64,000 nt of DNA from the NCBI GenBank assembly GCA_964234715.1, contig OZ174280.1; one strand, 5' to 3'. The DNA comes from Podarcis melisellensis. Taxonomy: Eukaryota. Of the stretch, positions 46,710-57,230 are shown piece by piece. Within the stretch, counting starts at the first letter, position 1, and each line of letters opens with the position of its first letter. Both the position numbers and the translations under genes were made by a program. The notes beneath the pieces are model-generated. The model was not told the origin of the DNA. It ran no database searches and saw only the letters and a program-made list of their open reading frames with translations.

Positions 46710-47394
46710 AACAACATACTTTTTTGAACTTGTTCCAAAAGGACACTGAAAATTGAAGAGTTGAGGTTTATGCTGTAAAAGTGCAATCTATAACTGTGGA
46801 ACTTAACTTTTTTGTGTGTGGATTGGGGAGAGAGTTATGCAGTGCTGCATGAGAATAGGAGGCAAAAGTACAAAATACTTGCAATCAAGTATGAAGCTAA
46901 AACCATTTGCTGTGTATTGGATTTTCCTTTTCAAAAAGTTTTATCCAGTATTTGCTTATAAGTAAGATGTATTTTTGTGTGTGTGAGGGGGGCACTTCTG
47001 TGCATATCTCATATGCACAGAATCATGAAGTGCTTGAGTTTTAAAGCACTTTATTTCAGATATTTCTTTATCATCTATGTGAGATTATTATATTGCAGGA
47101 TCAGAAATGGGAATTCGTAGTATGAATCTATGTAACGTTTGCAATATTTATGTTGTGTATATGCCAATTCGCTATGTTTACATTGCACACAGCAGAAGGC
47201 AGGAAATCTCACTTGAAATGTTCATGAGCCCGAAGGGCAAGTTTTTTTTCTGCATTATTTTTGGATTCCTTTCCTCAGTATTCTACAGATGCTTGCCTAA
47301 CAGAAAATTATATGTGCCATTCCACAGTCATACATATATGTACCATGCCATGAACATGCTCCAAACCAGAGCATAAGGTGGGTGACTCAGTAGT

Positions 47395-47987
47395 TGCCAA
47401 ATATTCAGGGTCTAACCCCTACCCTACATTTACGCAGCCTCCACTCCTATCCAGCCCAGGCCAAGAGACTCCCAGACTTCACCTGACGTTCCTAAGATTC
47501 CAAGTGAACAAGGGTCAAAGCAATACCCTCTGCTGTCTGACCTTATTCTAAAAACACAGTACCTGGTAGGGAACTAAGCAGTCAAGTATTGGATTTAGTA
47601 CCAAGGCATTACCTAAATAAAGCTCACGCACACAAACAAAATTCCAAAAGGAGGTACATTTATTTGATAAAAGAAAACATTAGTGAGAACAAATATATTT
47701 GGGCAATTATGTCAGATCAAACAAACTGTGCTAAACCAGCCAGTTCTGCACATATCAATAAAATCATTGGCTTCGCAGGGACAAAAGCATACAACACAGA
47801 GCAAGGTAATCCAAATATGATCCGAAGGTGGGATGTTCCCTGCCAAAAGTAAGGGCCTGCTTTCTTCTAAAAGGCATAGCGACCTAGGTAAATCTTATTA
47901 ACCTGTAAAAAGGCCTCAAGACTTTCTGGCACTTTAGGCCACATGCTTTCCCACCAAACCCAGCTCAAGCAACCATTCCAGTCAACA
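47395..47987 (-). mobile_element. Candidate solo LTR inside the DNAJB4 3' UTR
   Basis: TG...CA ends, internal minus-strand AATAAA, composition unlike the flanking UTR; no convincing TSD. Confidence 0.35.
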
Positions 47988-48823
47988 AGCTCACAGCTGA
48001 TTTACCACATTTCCATATGGAAAAAATGTGATAGCAGTTGCTTTAATGTCCATTAAAACATATGTCCAAATTATGGAACCTGCCTGCTGAGAGAGCGAAT
48101 CTATATAGAAGGGTTATCTGAACAAATGTCAAGGGAATGGGCCTATTTCAAGCACACTAACTTCATAATCTTGCACAGTTTAAGCCCCTTGAAACTTCTG
48201 TGGTCAGTAAATTAGTAGTACTCGATCCCACTTAAAAAGTTGTAAGCTTGTTCTGAATTATCTAAATGAAGGGAAGAAAATGCTCTCAATTATAGTTTTC
48301 TAAAAGAAAAGAAAAAGAATCTATAGGGCTGGTACCCTTGGATGGCAAAAATTAACAAGTAAACATCCTTTTAGCATTTGTCTTTAAACTTGCTGCAATA
48401 TGTTAACATCTGAAAGTCATATTCTTTAAAGAAAATAAATGATTTCATGTACATACAAATGTGCTAGGTAGCTGCACTGTTAACCAACAGGGTAATTAAC
48501 AATTTTGTATGCTTTTATGTAGAAAATTAATTATGACACCCATTCCCTAAGCAGTAGCCATCTATAATGCAGAATAGTTATAAGGGGTGGCATTCTAGAA
48601 ACTACCCATTTGAATGAATTGGCAACATTTAATAAGATTTTATACATGAGATATGAAGAAATGTGTGCATTCTGAAAGTAGAAGGATCCAGAACTTGCAC
48701 TCGTGACACTAGCACTCATGACACTAAAAGTGAGAAAGTAGAAAATGGCTGCTTCATCCTTATGCACATTGTTTATGCATTTACATATCTTTCATGATCT
48801 GTATTGCATTTATATGTTTTTTA

Positions 48824-48829
48824 ATTAAA
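48824..48829 (+). terminator. Candidate DNAJB4 polyadenylation signal ATTAAA
   Basis: ATTAAA followed by a GT/T-rich tract about 2.1 kb after the stop; other AATAAA hexamers lie earlier in the UTR. Confidence 0.4.
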
Positions 48830-48902
48830 TATATTGTTTCTAACTTGTGTTTTCTATTTTTGTAATTTCAACTGAGTTGAGTGCGTGAGAGCAAATGCAT
48901 GT

Positions 48903-50240
48903 AATTATTATTTATCTATTACTTTATTGAATTTATATCCTGCTCTTGCTTCCCAGGGTAGCAGACAACAAGGGATAAATAGAAATAATGTTAAAAACAA
49001 TTCCAATATAGATGCAGACTGGGAAGGAAATCAACTTAAATGACTTTCCTTATGTGCCCAAACCGAACAAGGATGACATCTGGTTAATACTTAAAGGGAT
49101 AGAATTCAGAAGGGTAGATGCCACAATGATAAAGGCCCAATTCCTATTGGGTGGAACAGAGCTCCTGTTTAATGGTATCTGCAGGAGGCCCTCACCTGCT
49201 AAGCACAGTGACTGACTGTGTGTACAAGGGATGAGATGGCCTTTCAGGTATCCTAGTCTCAAGCTGTGTAGGGCTTTATACAGCAAAACCCAGCACATTG
49301 TACTTAGACCAGAGCTTAATTGGCAGCTACTACAATTCTTTCAACAGTGGAGTAACGTTTTAGCAATACCTTGCTCCAGTGTGCAGCCAATCTGCCACCT
49401 TTTGCAACAGCTGCACCTTCTGGGCTAACCTCAAGGGCAGCCCCACATCAAGCATATTGCAGTAATCATGCCAGGAGATTACCAGCACACAGACCACGGT
49501 GGTCAGGCTACTGCAGTCCAGGAACAGCAGGAGCTGTCTTACTAGCCAAAGCTGGTGAAAGGTGCCCCTAGCCACAAGGCCACCTAGGTCTCTAAGCATC
49601 CAATATGGATCCAGAAACACCTCCAGACTATGAACCTCCTTCAGGGGAAGTACAACCCCATCAAAAGCAGGCAATCACCCAGTTATCTAGACCCAGAAAC
49701 CGCTCAGCCAGCTCACTAGAATCCAGGCACTGGTCCAGGGCTCTCAGGTGGGTATCATTGCCATTCTAAGAGAACAAGGTGAGCTCCAGCACCTCTTTTT
49801 ATAGAAAAATAGCACTGCCTGTAGTACAACTGCCAGGGACCTGGAAGAATAACCTAATGCTATTATCTGAAAGCAGCTTTGAAAATGGGATCCGAACCAC
49901 TGTAAAACAGTGCCTCTAATAGCCATCTCACATAGTCAGCTCAGAAAGATACCAAGGTCAATGGTGTCAAAAACCGCTGAAAGATCAAGTAAGAATAGGC
50001 TTTTGATACATTGACCATGGTATCTTAAGCCAACTTTGAAAGATAGGTTATAGGGTTGTACTCCCCTGTCCTTTTCCTGATAAAGATCCATCGGGGAAGC
50101 CAAAGCTGATTGAGTCCCATAACCGTCCTGCACCCAGACTGAAATGGGTCAAGATAATCTGTTTCATCCAAAAGTACTTACAATTGATGCACAACAACTC
50201 TCTGAATCATCTTTTCTAAGAAGAGGATGGACAGCATGCA
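48903..50240 (-). mobile_element. Degraded L2-clade LINE (RT remnants)
   Basis: LLDLSAVFDTIDLGIFL, GTVLQWFGS, WHDYCNMLDVGLPL with frameshifts. Confidence 0.8.
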
Positions 50241-50559
50241 ACTGGATTTGAGTTGTCAAAAACCAATGGCTATTTAAGAGTTTGTTTAGTAACAAACTAT
50301 AGCTGCAATATTAGGACTGCAATCTTATGTACACTTGAGAGTAAATACGCTTTTCAACATTCAGTAGTAACACCCTCCCCTTTTCATATGTTAAAGTTTA
50401 ACAATAAAATAGCTCAGAATCCAAGAGAAAAGTAGATATAAGTAATAGTACAATCTCTAGAACACATGAAGACTAGTGTGCATTCAAGGTTTAATCCTAG
50501 GTGAGATGATCCTTTAGATAAGTGGAATGCTGGCTGTTTAAGGGCTGCAAATGTCAAAA

Positions 50560-50800
50560 AGAATACTAATAGGCAGCTGAGTCAAGATCAGTTACATGCT
50601 TTGTGTGGTCTACTGTCAGAAGAGGCTGCAGCAGTAGCTTCCAAACAGTCTTCAAGGGCAGCCCAATGCAGATCACATTACAGTATCCAAAATGAGATGT
50701 TACTAAAGAATGGCTAAAATTCTGATATGAGAGAAAGGGATATAACTTGCTTGCCAGCTTAAAATGGCAAAAGGTGTACTCCTTGCCACAGCTGTCACCC
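50560..50800 (-). mobile_element. Degraded L2-clade LINE fragment
   Basis: HSLVTSHFGYCNVICIGLPLKTVWKL. Confidence 0.6.
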
Positions 50801-53800
50801 AAGAAGCACCAAATCAGAGTTGAGAGTCACTCTGAATAAGAAGTCATTTTTTGACTGGGAATTCAACTTCTGGAAGAACAGGGAAATTCAGTCTCCCTGC
50901 ATTGCTGCTCTCTGTCTTATCTGGATTCAGGGAATCTTGCTGTTTTTTATTTGATATAAATAGATGTCAACAGCATATAATGCTGCTGTCTCCACTTATG
51001 TAATACATCCCTTTGGTAAATGTACAATAATGTTAAATACAATGTTAAAAAGCAGAGAGGCTAAGATAGAACCGTCTGGAATCAAACAGGAAGGAAGGAA
51101 CAGGGCCACTGCAAATTGGTTTATCCACTGTTGGTTTTCGGAATTCAAATGCTCAGCAGAAATTGAACTTACTGAGTCCCTGCTGGAGGAGCACACTTTT
51201 GCCCTGGATATAATCACAATGAGGCTATAAGTTTAGCAAAATAAGAAAGCTATGTTTATTATAAGAAATGCATGATAGGAAAGATCCCAGTTCTATCTGA
51301 CTTTGGTAGAGATGCCTTGAGCCATGCTTGCTTTTGCAACTTAGCAGGAGAGATGCAGAAAATATTTCCTTGCTGAAGGTAAGGATGAAGAAGGAAGTAG
51401 GAAATTTGTTAAATTTGGTTAAAAAGTGTGACATTTACTTTAACAACTTCATGGTGAGTACTGGCACCTATTTTTCTAGAAAAGAAGCACTGCTTAAGAG
51501 TATCATTTTAGCACCCAAGGGAAGGACAACACAGGTTAGATCAGAAAGGACCACCTAGGAAACTTGGAGGTTCCTATTTCTATGTACTCTTTCCCACGCA
51601 GACACATTAGCCTCCAGTGCAAGCTGAATCGCGTCTCAATACTTCCTACACTCCCAATTGTCTTAGCTGGTAAAGTGTGTCAGATGCTTCTGAGTTTATA
51701 AGTTAATTAAGAAGAGCAAGCAGGTTCGCATTCTCTTACAGGAAGAGGCACAGACAGTTCATTAGGGTAACTAATTGAAGAATATTTTACATTCTGACTG
51801 GTATGGATCTAGAAAACCTGATCCAAGAGTTTCTCGGAACTATGTAGGTCTCAGCATTCCAGGTGCCAGGGATTGGCTGAGCTGAGAAAAAGTGAAGGCA
51901 GAGAAAGATCTCTTTTCCTCCCAGTCATAATGACATAGCTGTCACCACTATTGCAGCCCCCACAGCTGCGTACGAAGGAGTTGGAGGGCTCACATGTGAG
52001 GTGCTGACAGTAGAAATCTCAGAGAGAAATATGCATATATTTCTACAAGCTTTCTGCAATGTTGCTCATAACTATTATCCCCAATCTGAGTCGAGGCTTG
52101 GATGTTTACTCATCACATAGACCAACAGCTGCTGGATGCTTCCCAAACTTTTCATGTTGGTGACAGACTTTTTAAACATGCATTATTTTGTGATACAGCA
52201 ATTCAGTTTTACCAGAAAACCGGAGGTTCAACTAACTCCTTTCCAGTCCCAGGAGGAGCGTGAAGAGCTTTCGCATGACATTGTAGCAGACACGCTAACA
52301 TGTGACGACACACATTTGGGAAAGCTCTGCTGTAGACTTTCCAGGCATAGATAGCCAGGAAACAAGATATCATTGTGTCTAACTATTCCCCATCACCTGC
52401 ACATAGCATCCAGTGTGTTGGATTAGGGGGGGTTGTGTTTGTAGGGAAATGTGTAACGTCATGACAGTGTCTCATGCATTTGTTTTATTGGATGTTAGCT
52501 AGGGAAATGCATGGGTCGGCAACACTCATTTATTTAGCTAGGTCTTTAATTAATGTTTACTTGGGTCTTTAAAGCTGCCAGCAGTGTAGTAGCTTGGACA
52601 GGGCTCAACCAGGGGATGCTGTCTGTGGAAGTCTGAGGAACCTTCGGTACCCATCAGTTGTCTGTCAAGGGAATAATATTTATTTCTGCTACCACAAAGG
52701 GTTTTTCCTGTCCATTACGTGGTGACAAAACTGGGTTCCTTACTCAATTATCCTGTAATTAAGCTTAGTACTAACTAACTGAAACAATTGCATATTCCTT
52801 CCTTCCCTCCCCCCTTTTTTTAGTTTTCCCTCCATCAAACATTAGAATGTAAGCTCAATGGGGCAGGGAGTGGGGCTCTTGCACTCTGTATAACACTATG
52901 CACAGTGATTGTTTCACGCAGATAAATCACTGTCTCTTATAACACACAATGAACTGTAAATCTGGGCCTGATTAATTCTTTGCAGAATTTATGTAAACAT
53001 TAAAGTGGGAGAATGCAAAATACTGAAATTTGTAAAGTATCCTGTTGACCTCTAGTATCATTTATAGCAATGTCCTGAACAGTCAGTGTAAATAATTTAT
53101 ATAAATGAAGTTTGGCAAGAATCCTTGTCTCCATAATCTTATATACTTAATAGCATTTTCTACTGTGATCATCTTGATCAATATTTATTAGTCACCATGA
53201 TGTGGTTTAAAAGTGTGTTTCATTTTATTGCTTCTAAATGAAAACCTAGGATAGCAGACCACAAGTCTAAAGTTCTTCCATTTCAAAATGTAGGTACATG
53301 CTTTTTTTGAGCACTTCACTTCCTTTTTAAAATGACCTAATACATTTTCTTTAAATAGTTTTCCATTAAGAGAGATATTACAGTTAGTGTATATTATACA
53401 CATTGTATATTATATGAAATCAAGTTACAACCTGGCTATTGCCTGGATTGATTTACCTGTTTCTCTGTTTACCTTGACCTCAGCCATTAGGTGAGTTGCT
53501 GTGATTTGTTCATATAATTTCACTAAAGTACTGTTTGCCAACTTTCTAGTCCATTATTCCATTATTTTGCATACAATCCTTCAGGATGTTTATGTATGAA
53601 GGATGGGTGCATGGTGGAAGTAGGTCTGAAGGAAAGGGAAAAATAACAAACCTGTAACAGAACTGTAAGACAAGAAGTGGTGTGTGTGGTTAATTGTGAA
53701 ACGGGTACCAGAGGCAAGGAGTCTAAGAGATGGGAGTCAAAAAGATCTAGATGCAGAGTTTTGGGCTGAAAGCAGGAATATATTAGTGCAACCTAATTAG

Positions 53801-54099
53801 CCAATACTGTGGTCCGCTCCTATGCAGAATTTGTTTGAAATAAACCCTACTGATATCTGTAGACAGGATGTAAGCTTCATGCTCAACCCTATGCGTGTTT
53901 TACTTGGAAGTTCCAAGTGGAATGGTTGGGCAGTGGCAATTTTAGACTCTGGACTTAAATCACCTTATGATTCCTTGAGACACACACAATTTAATTGCAA
54001 TTTAAGTGTTCTCTTATTTCTAATTGTGAAAAGCCAACCACCCTGCTGGCTCTGAAGGCCTACTTCCCCATTCTCCTGAGTGGGGTTTTGACCTTCAAC

Positions 54100-54260
54100 T
54101 GCAGATTGACATCCTTTTAAAATGTGCCTCTTTTGGGTGGGGGCGGGGATGTGTTATTGGATTGTTGTTTTTATTTTGATTATATATATTGTGGTTTTTA
54201 TGTTGATCTTTTCTGTGAACTGCCCTGAGACCTCTGGGTATATGGCAGTATATAAATTCA

Positions 54261-54316
<56 letters not shown>
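54100..54316 (+). mobile_element. LINE (L2-like) 3' UTR with (AAT)n tail
   Basis: gtgaactgccctgagacctctgggtatatggcagtatataaat followed by (AAT)n at 54264-54315. Confidence 0.65.
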
Positions 54317-54317
<1 letters not shown>

Positions 54318-54557
54318 CTGTGCTGATGGCACTCCTGAAGTGGCCTCTAGTCCACAAAGGAATATGCAACACCAATCCTTCTTGTCTTTATACTACCAAG
54401 GATTGTGTTGTTCTGTTTCGTTTCATTGCTGAAATTTATTTATGAACGACAACTTGTCTGCTGCCTCATAACATATCCTGCCAGTCAGTAAACTTTTGCC
54501 CACGTTGGGTGAAAAATTCCTGCATTGCAAGGGGTCAGACAAGATGATCATCATGGT

Positions 54558-55108
54558 CATAGGAGCCAAGTCCTAGGTAAAGGTAAAGAGACCCCTGACC
54601 GTTAGGTCCAGTCACGGACAACTCAGGTTGCGGCACTCATCTCTCTTTGCTGGCTGAGGGAGTCGGCGTTTGTCCACAGACAGCTTCCAGGTCATGTGGC
54701 CAGCATGACTATGCTGCTTCTGGCGAATCAGAGCAGCGCACGGAAATGCCGTTTATCTTCCTACTGCAGCAGTACCTATTTATCTACTTGCACATTGACA
54801 TGCTTTCAAACTGCTAGGTGGGCAGGAGCTGGGACTGAGCAATGGGAGCTCATCCCGTCACAGGGATTCGAACCGCCGACCTTCCAATCGGCAAGCCCTA
54901 GGCTCTGTGGTTTAGACCACAGTGCCACCTGCGTCCCTCCAAGTCCTAGGGGACCATCCCAAATAAAATATTTGAGGCGGCTGGGCCCCCTCAAAGTTGA
55001 CGGGCATTGCCGTTCAAATGAAGTGCAAGTGCCGTGTCATGTGATCAATTATGGGGGCGGGACTTACCTGGGTTCCCCCGAATATTTTATTCAAGTTGGC
55101 AACCCATG
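54558..55108. mobile_element. Probable MITE hosting the 54578 SINE
   Basis: Imperfect inverted ends CATAGGAGCCAAGT / AGTTGGCAACCCATG; no clear TSD. Confidence 0.4.
54578..54937 (-). mobile_element. Sauria SINE, full length
   Basis: Same head and core; (ACCTTT)n tail; TSD ccaagtcctagg at 54566-54577 and 54939-54950. Confidence 0.92.
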
Positions 55109-55183
55109 GTCCTTTCCACCTCTACAATTCAGGTTACCTGGGCGGGTGCTGCCATCTGAAGCACAAACTGCAGAGAAGTGAGC

Positions 55184-56226
55184 AAAAATGTATAAATCTA
55201 AATTAAATGCTGGAAATGTAAAGAGAAAGAAGGTTCTTTTTATCATATGTGGTGGTCTTGTAGTAAAGTTAGGGCTTACTGGGAAATGATATATAATGAG
55301 ATTAAAAGAATGTTTAAAAGAATGTTTGTAAAAAAGCAAAGCATTTTTTTGGGGAATTATAGGAACAGAATTAAAGGGATGTGGGTGGTGCTGTGGTCTA
55401 AACCACTGAGCCTAGGGCTTGCCGATCGGAAGGTTGGCAGTTCGAATCCCTGTGACGGGGTGAGCTCCCGAGCTCCTGTCAACCCTAGCAGTTCGAAAGC
55501 ACGTCAAAGTGCAAGTAGATAAATGAGGAAAAGTGAGCAAAAAAATAATATAAATAAGATAAAATCTAATCGCAAAATCATATGTGGTGGGATTGCAAGA
55601 TTATATAAAAAAAATGGGAAATGATGGTGGCTTAGTCATGCTAGCCACATGACCTGGAAAAACTGCCTGTGGATAAACATCTGGTCCCTTGGCCAGTAAA
55701 GCGAGATGAGCACCGCAACCTCAGAGTTGTTCGCGACTGGACTTAACTGTCAGGGGTCCTTTACCTTTTTTTATAGGGACAGAACTACCTAACCTGTATA
55801 GAAACTTATTCATGTATGCAACTACAGCGGCAAGAATGTTACTTGCCCCAAAATGGAAAGAAGCAGAAGTCCCAGCAAAGGAAGAATGGATACAAAAACT
55901 TATGGAATATGCAGAAATGGCGAAACTTGCCGAAAGAGTAAGAAATCAAGATAACAAACTTTTTTTTTTTAATAAAAGAATGGAAATGGTTTATTGAATA
56001 TTTACAGATAAATTGCAAACAGATCAGAACATTGGCAGGATTGCTGTGATAACCTGCAGTTTCGTAAGAATATATATTTAAAGAAGACGAATAAATGAGC
56101 AAATTAAGTTAATTTAGCTATGCAGAAGGTATTAAAAACAAATTTAAGGGACCGCGGGAACAGGGGGGAAGGAAGTCAAACGTCAAAAGGACTGTAAAAT
56201 CAGTGAAATGTATAAACTGAAAAGTA

Positions 56227-56269
<43 letters not shown>

Positions 56270-56270
56270 A
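55184..56270 (+). mobile_element. 5'-truncated L1-clade LINE (ORF2 C-terminus plus 3' UTR)
   Basis: CWKCKEKEGSFYHMWWSC CCHC knuckle; MYATTAARMLLAPKWK...EEWIQKL; (TAAA)n tail; 12-bp TSD agagaagtgagc at 55172-55183 and 56273-56284. Confidence 0.88.
55376..55771 (+). mobile_element. Sauria SINE nested in L1, with middle replaced by foreign sequence
   Basis: Head at 55376; 3' part 55631-55771 ending CCTTTACCTTT; TSD-like tataggaacagaa / tatagggacagaa. Confidence 0.88.
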
Positions 56271-56279
56271 AGAGAGAAG

Positions 56280-57230
56280 TGAGCTGCTCCCGGAGCTTAC
56301 CCTGCTTGACTTCGGATGGTTTAGGGTTGCAGTGCTTTGGTGAGGACTGCAGCCTTAAAGGGGCAGGTACTCTTGTGTGCTCAGCGTCCGTCCATCCATC
56401 GCTGGCGCGGCTCTACAGCCAGGGCAGCGGGGGGGGGGGGGGAAAGGTCCGGTGCTGCGAAAGCGCGCGCAGGACGCGCGCGGTTGCTCGCCACTGCCCA
56501 TTGGCTGCCGGGTGCCATCACCTGCCCGCCGGGTGGGTGAGCCGCGAGGAGATGAGCGCACAGTCCTGAAGGGGCAGAGTCCAGGCAGCAGGGCGAGGAA
56601 GGAGCAGCAGCAGGTGGTGGCGGCGGCGCCGGTTCTGCAGCTCCCCCCACCTCGCCCTCTCTGTGGCCGCGTCCACGCGCGCGGGAAAATGCCTCTGGGG
56701 CTGAGGGGCAAGAAGAAAGGCAAGTCCAGGGAGACGTCCACGCTGGTGGAGGGCGAAGCCCCCCTGGCGCGGGGCAGGGGCGACGACGACGACGCCAGCG
56801 GCAGCAGCGCCGTCGGCGGGGCTGGCGTCGGAGGAGGCGCCGCCGCCGTCGCCTCCTCGGCGCGCCAGGGCCCCATCCGGCTGGTGTTCCACACGCAGCT
56901 GGCGCACGGCAGCCCCACGGGGCGCGTGGAGGGCTTCGCCAGCGTCAGGGAGCTTTACGCCAAGATAGCCGAGGCGTTCCACATCGCCCCCAGCGAGGTA
57001 CGTGCCCAGAGGGGACTGGGCGGTATGCCCCCCCCGCCTCCCTCGCGAACGGAAGCCCCCGCTACGGGGGATTTGTTCCAAATCTGGCGCCCCCCTTCGG
57101 CAGGGGGACAAAAGCCCCAAAGCCGACTGGTCTCTCTCGGGGCACCGGCTCTTTGGTTTGGTTTGGCTGCTCACCTCCGACGCTCTTCCATCACCCCGAG
57201 CATCGCTCATGGCTCCATGTTTGGGCGAAA
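56280..57230. promoter_or_regulatory. GIPC2 promoter CpG island
   Basis: GC/CpG-rich; inverted CCAAT (ATTGG 56500-56504); spans exon 1. Confidence 0.82.
56689..56997 (+). CDS. GIPC2: GIPC PDZ domain-containing family member 2, coding exon 1 (gene continues beyond the window)
   Basis: [16 protein letters not shown]...[40 protein letters not shown]|gtacgt (GH1 domain); position next to DNAJB4 supports GIPC2. Confidence 0.93.

Noticed and set aside
51540-52730. Mid-GC intergenic block with a 54-codon minus-strand ORF and a TG...CA-bounded segment
   Set aside because: No recognisable protein motif, TSD or second LTR, so it cannot be supported from the sequence alone.
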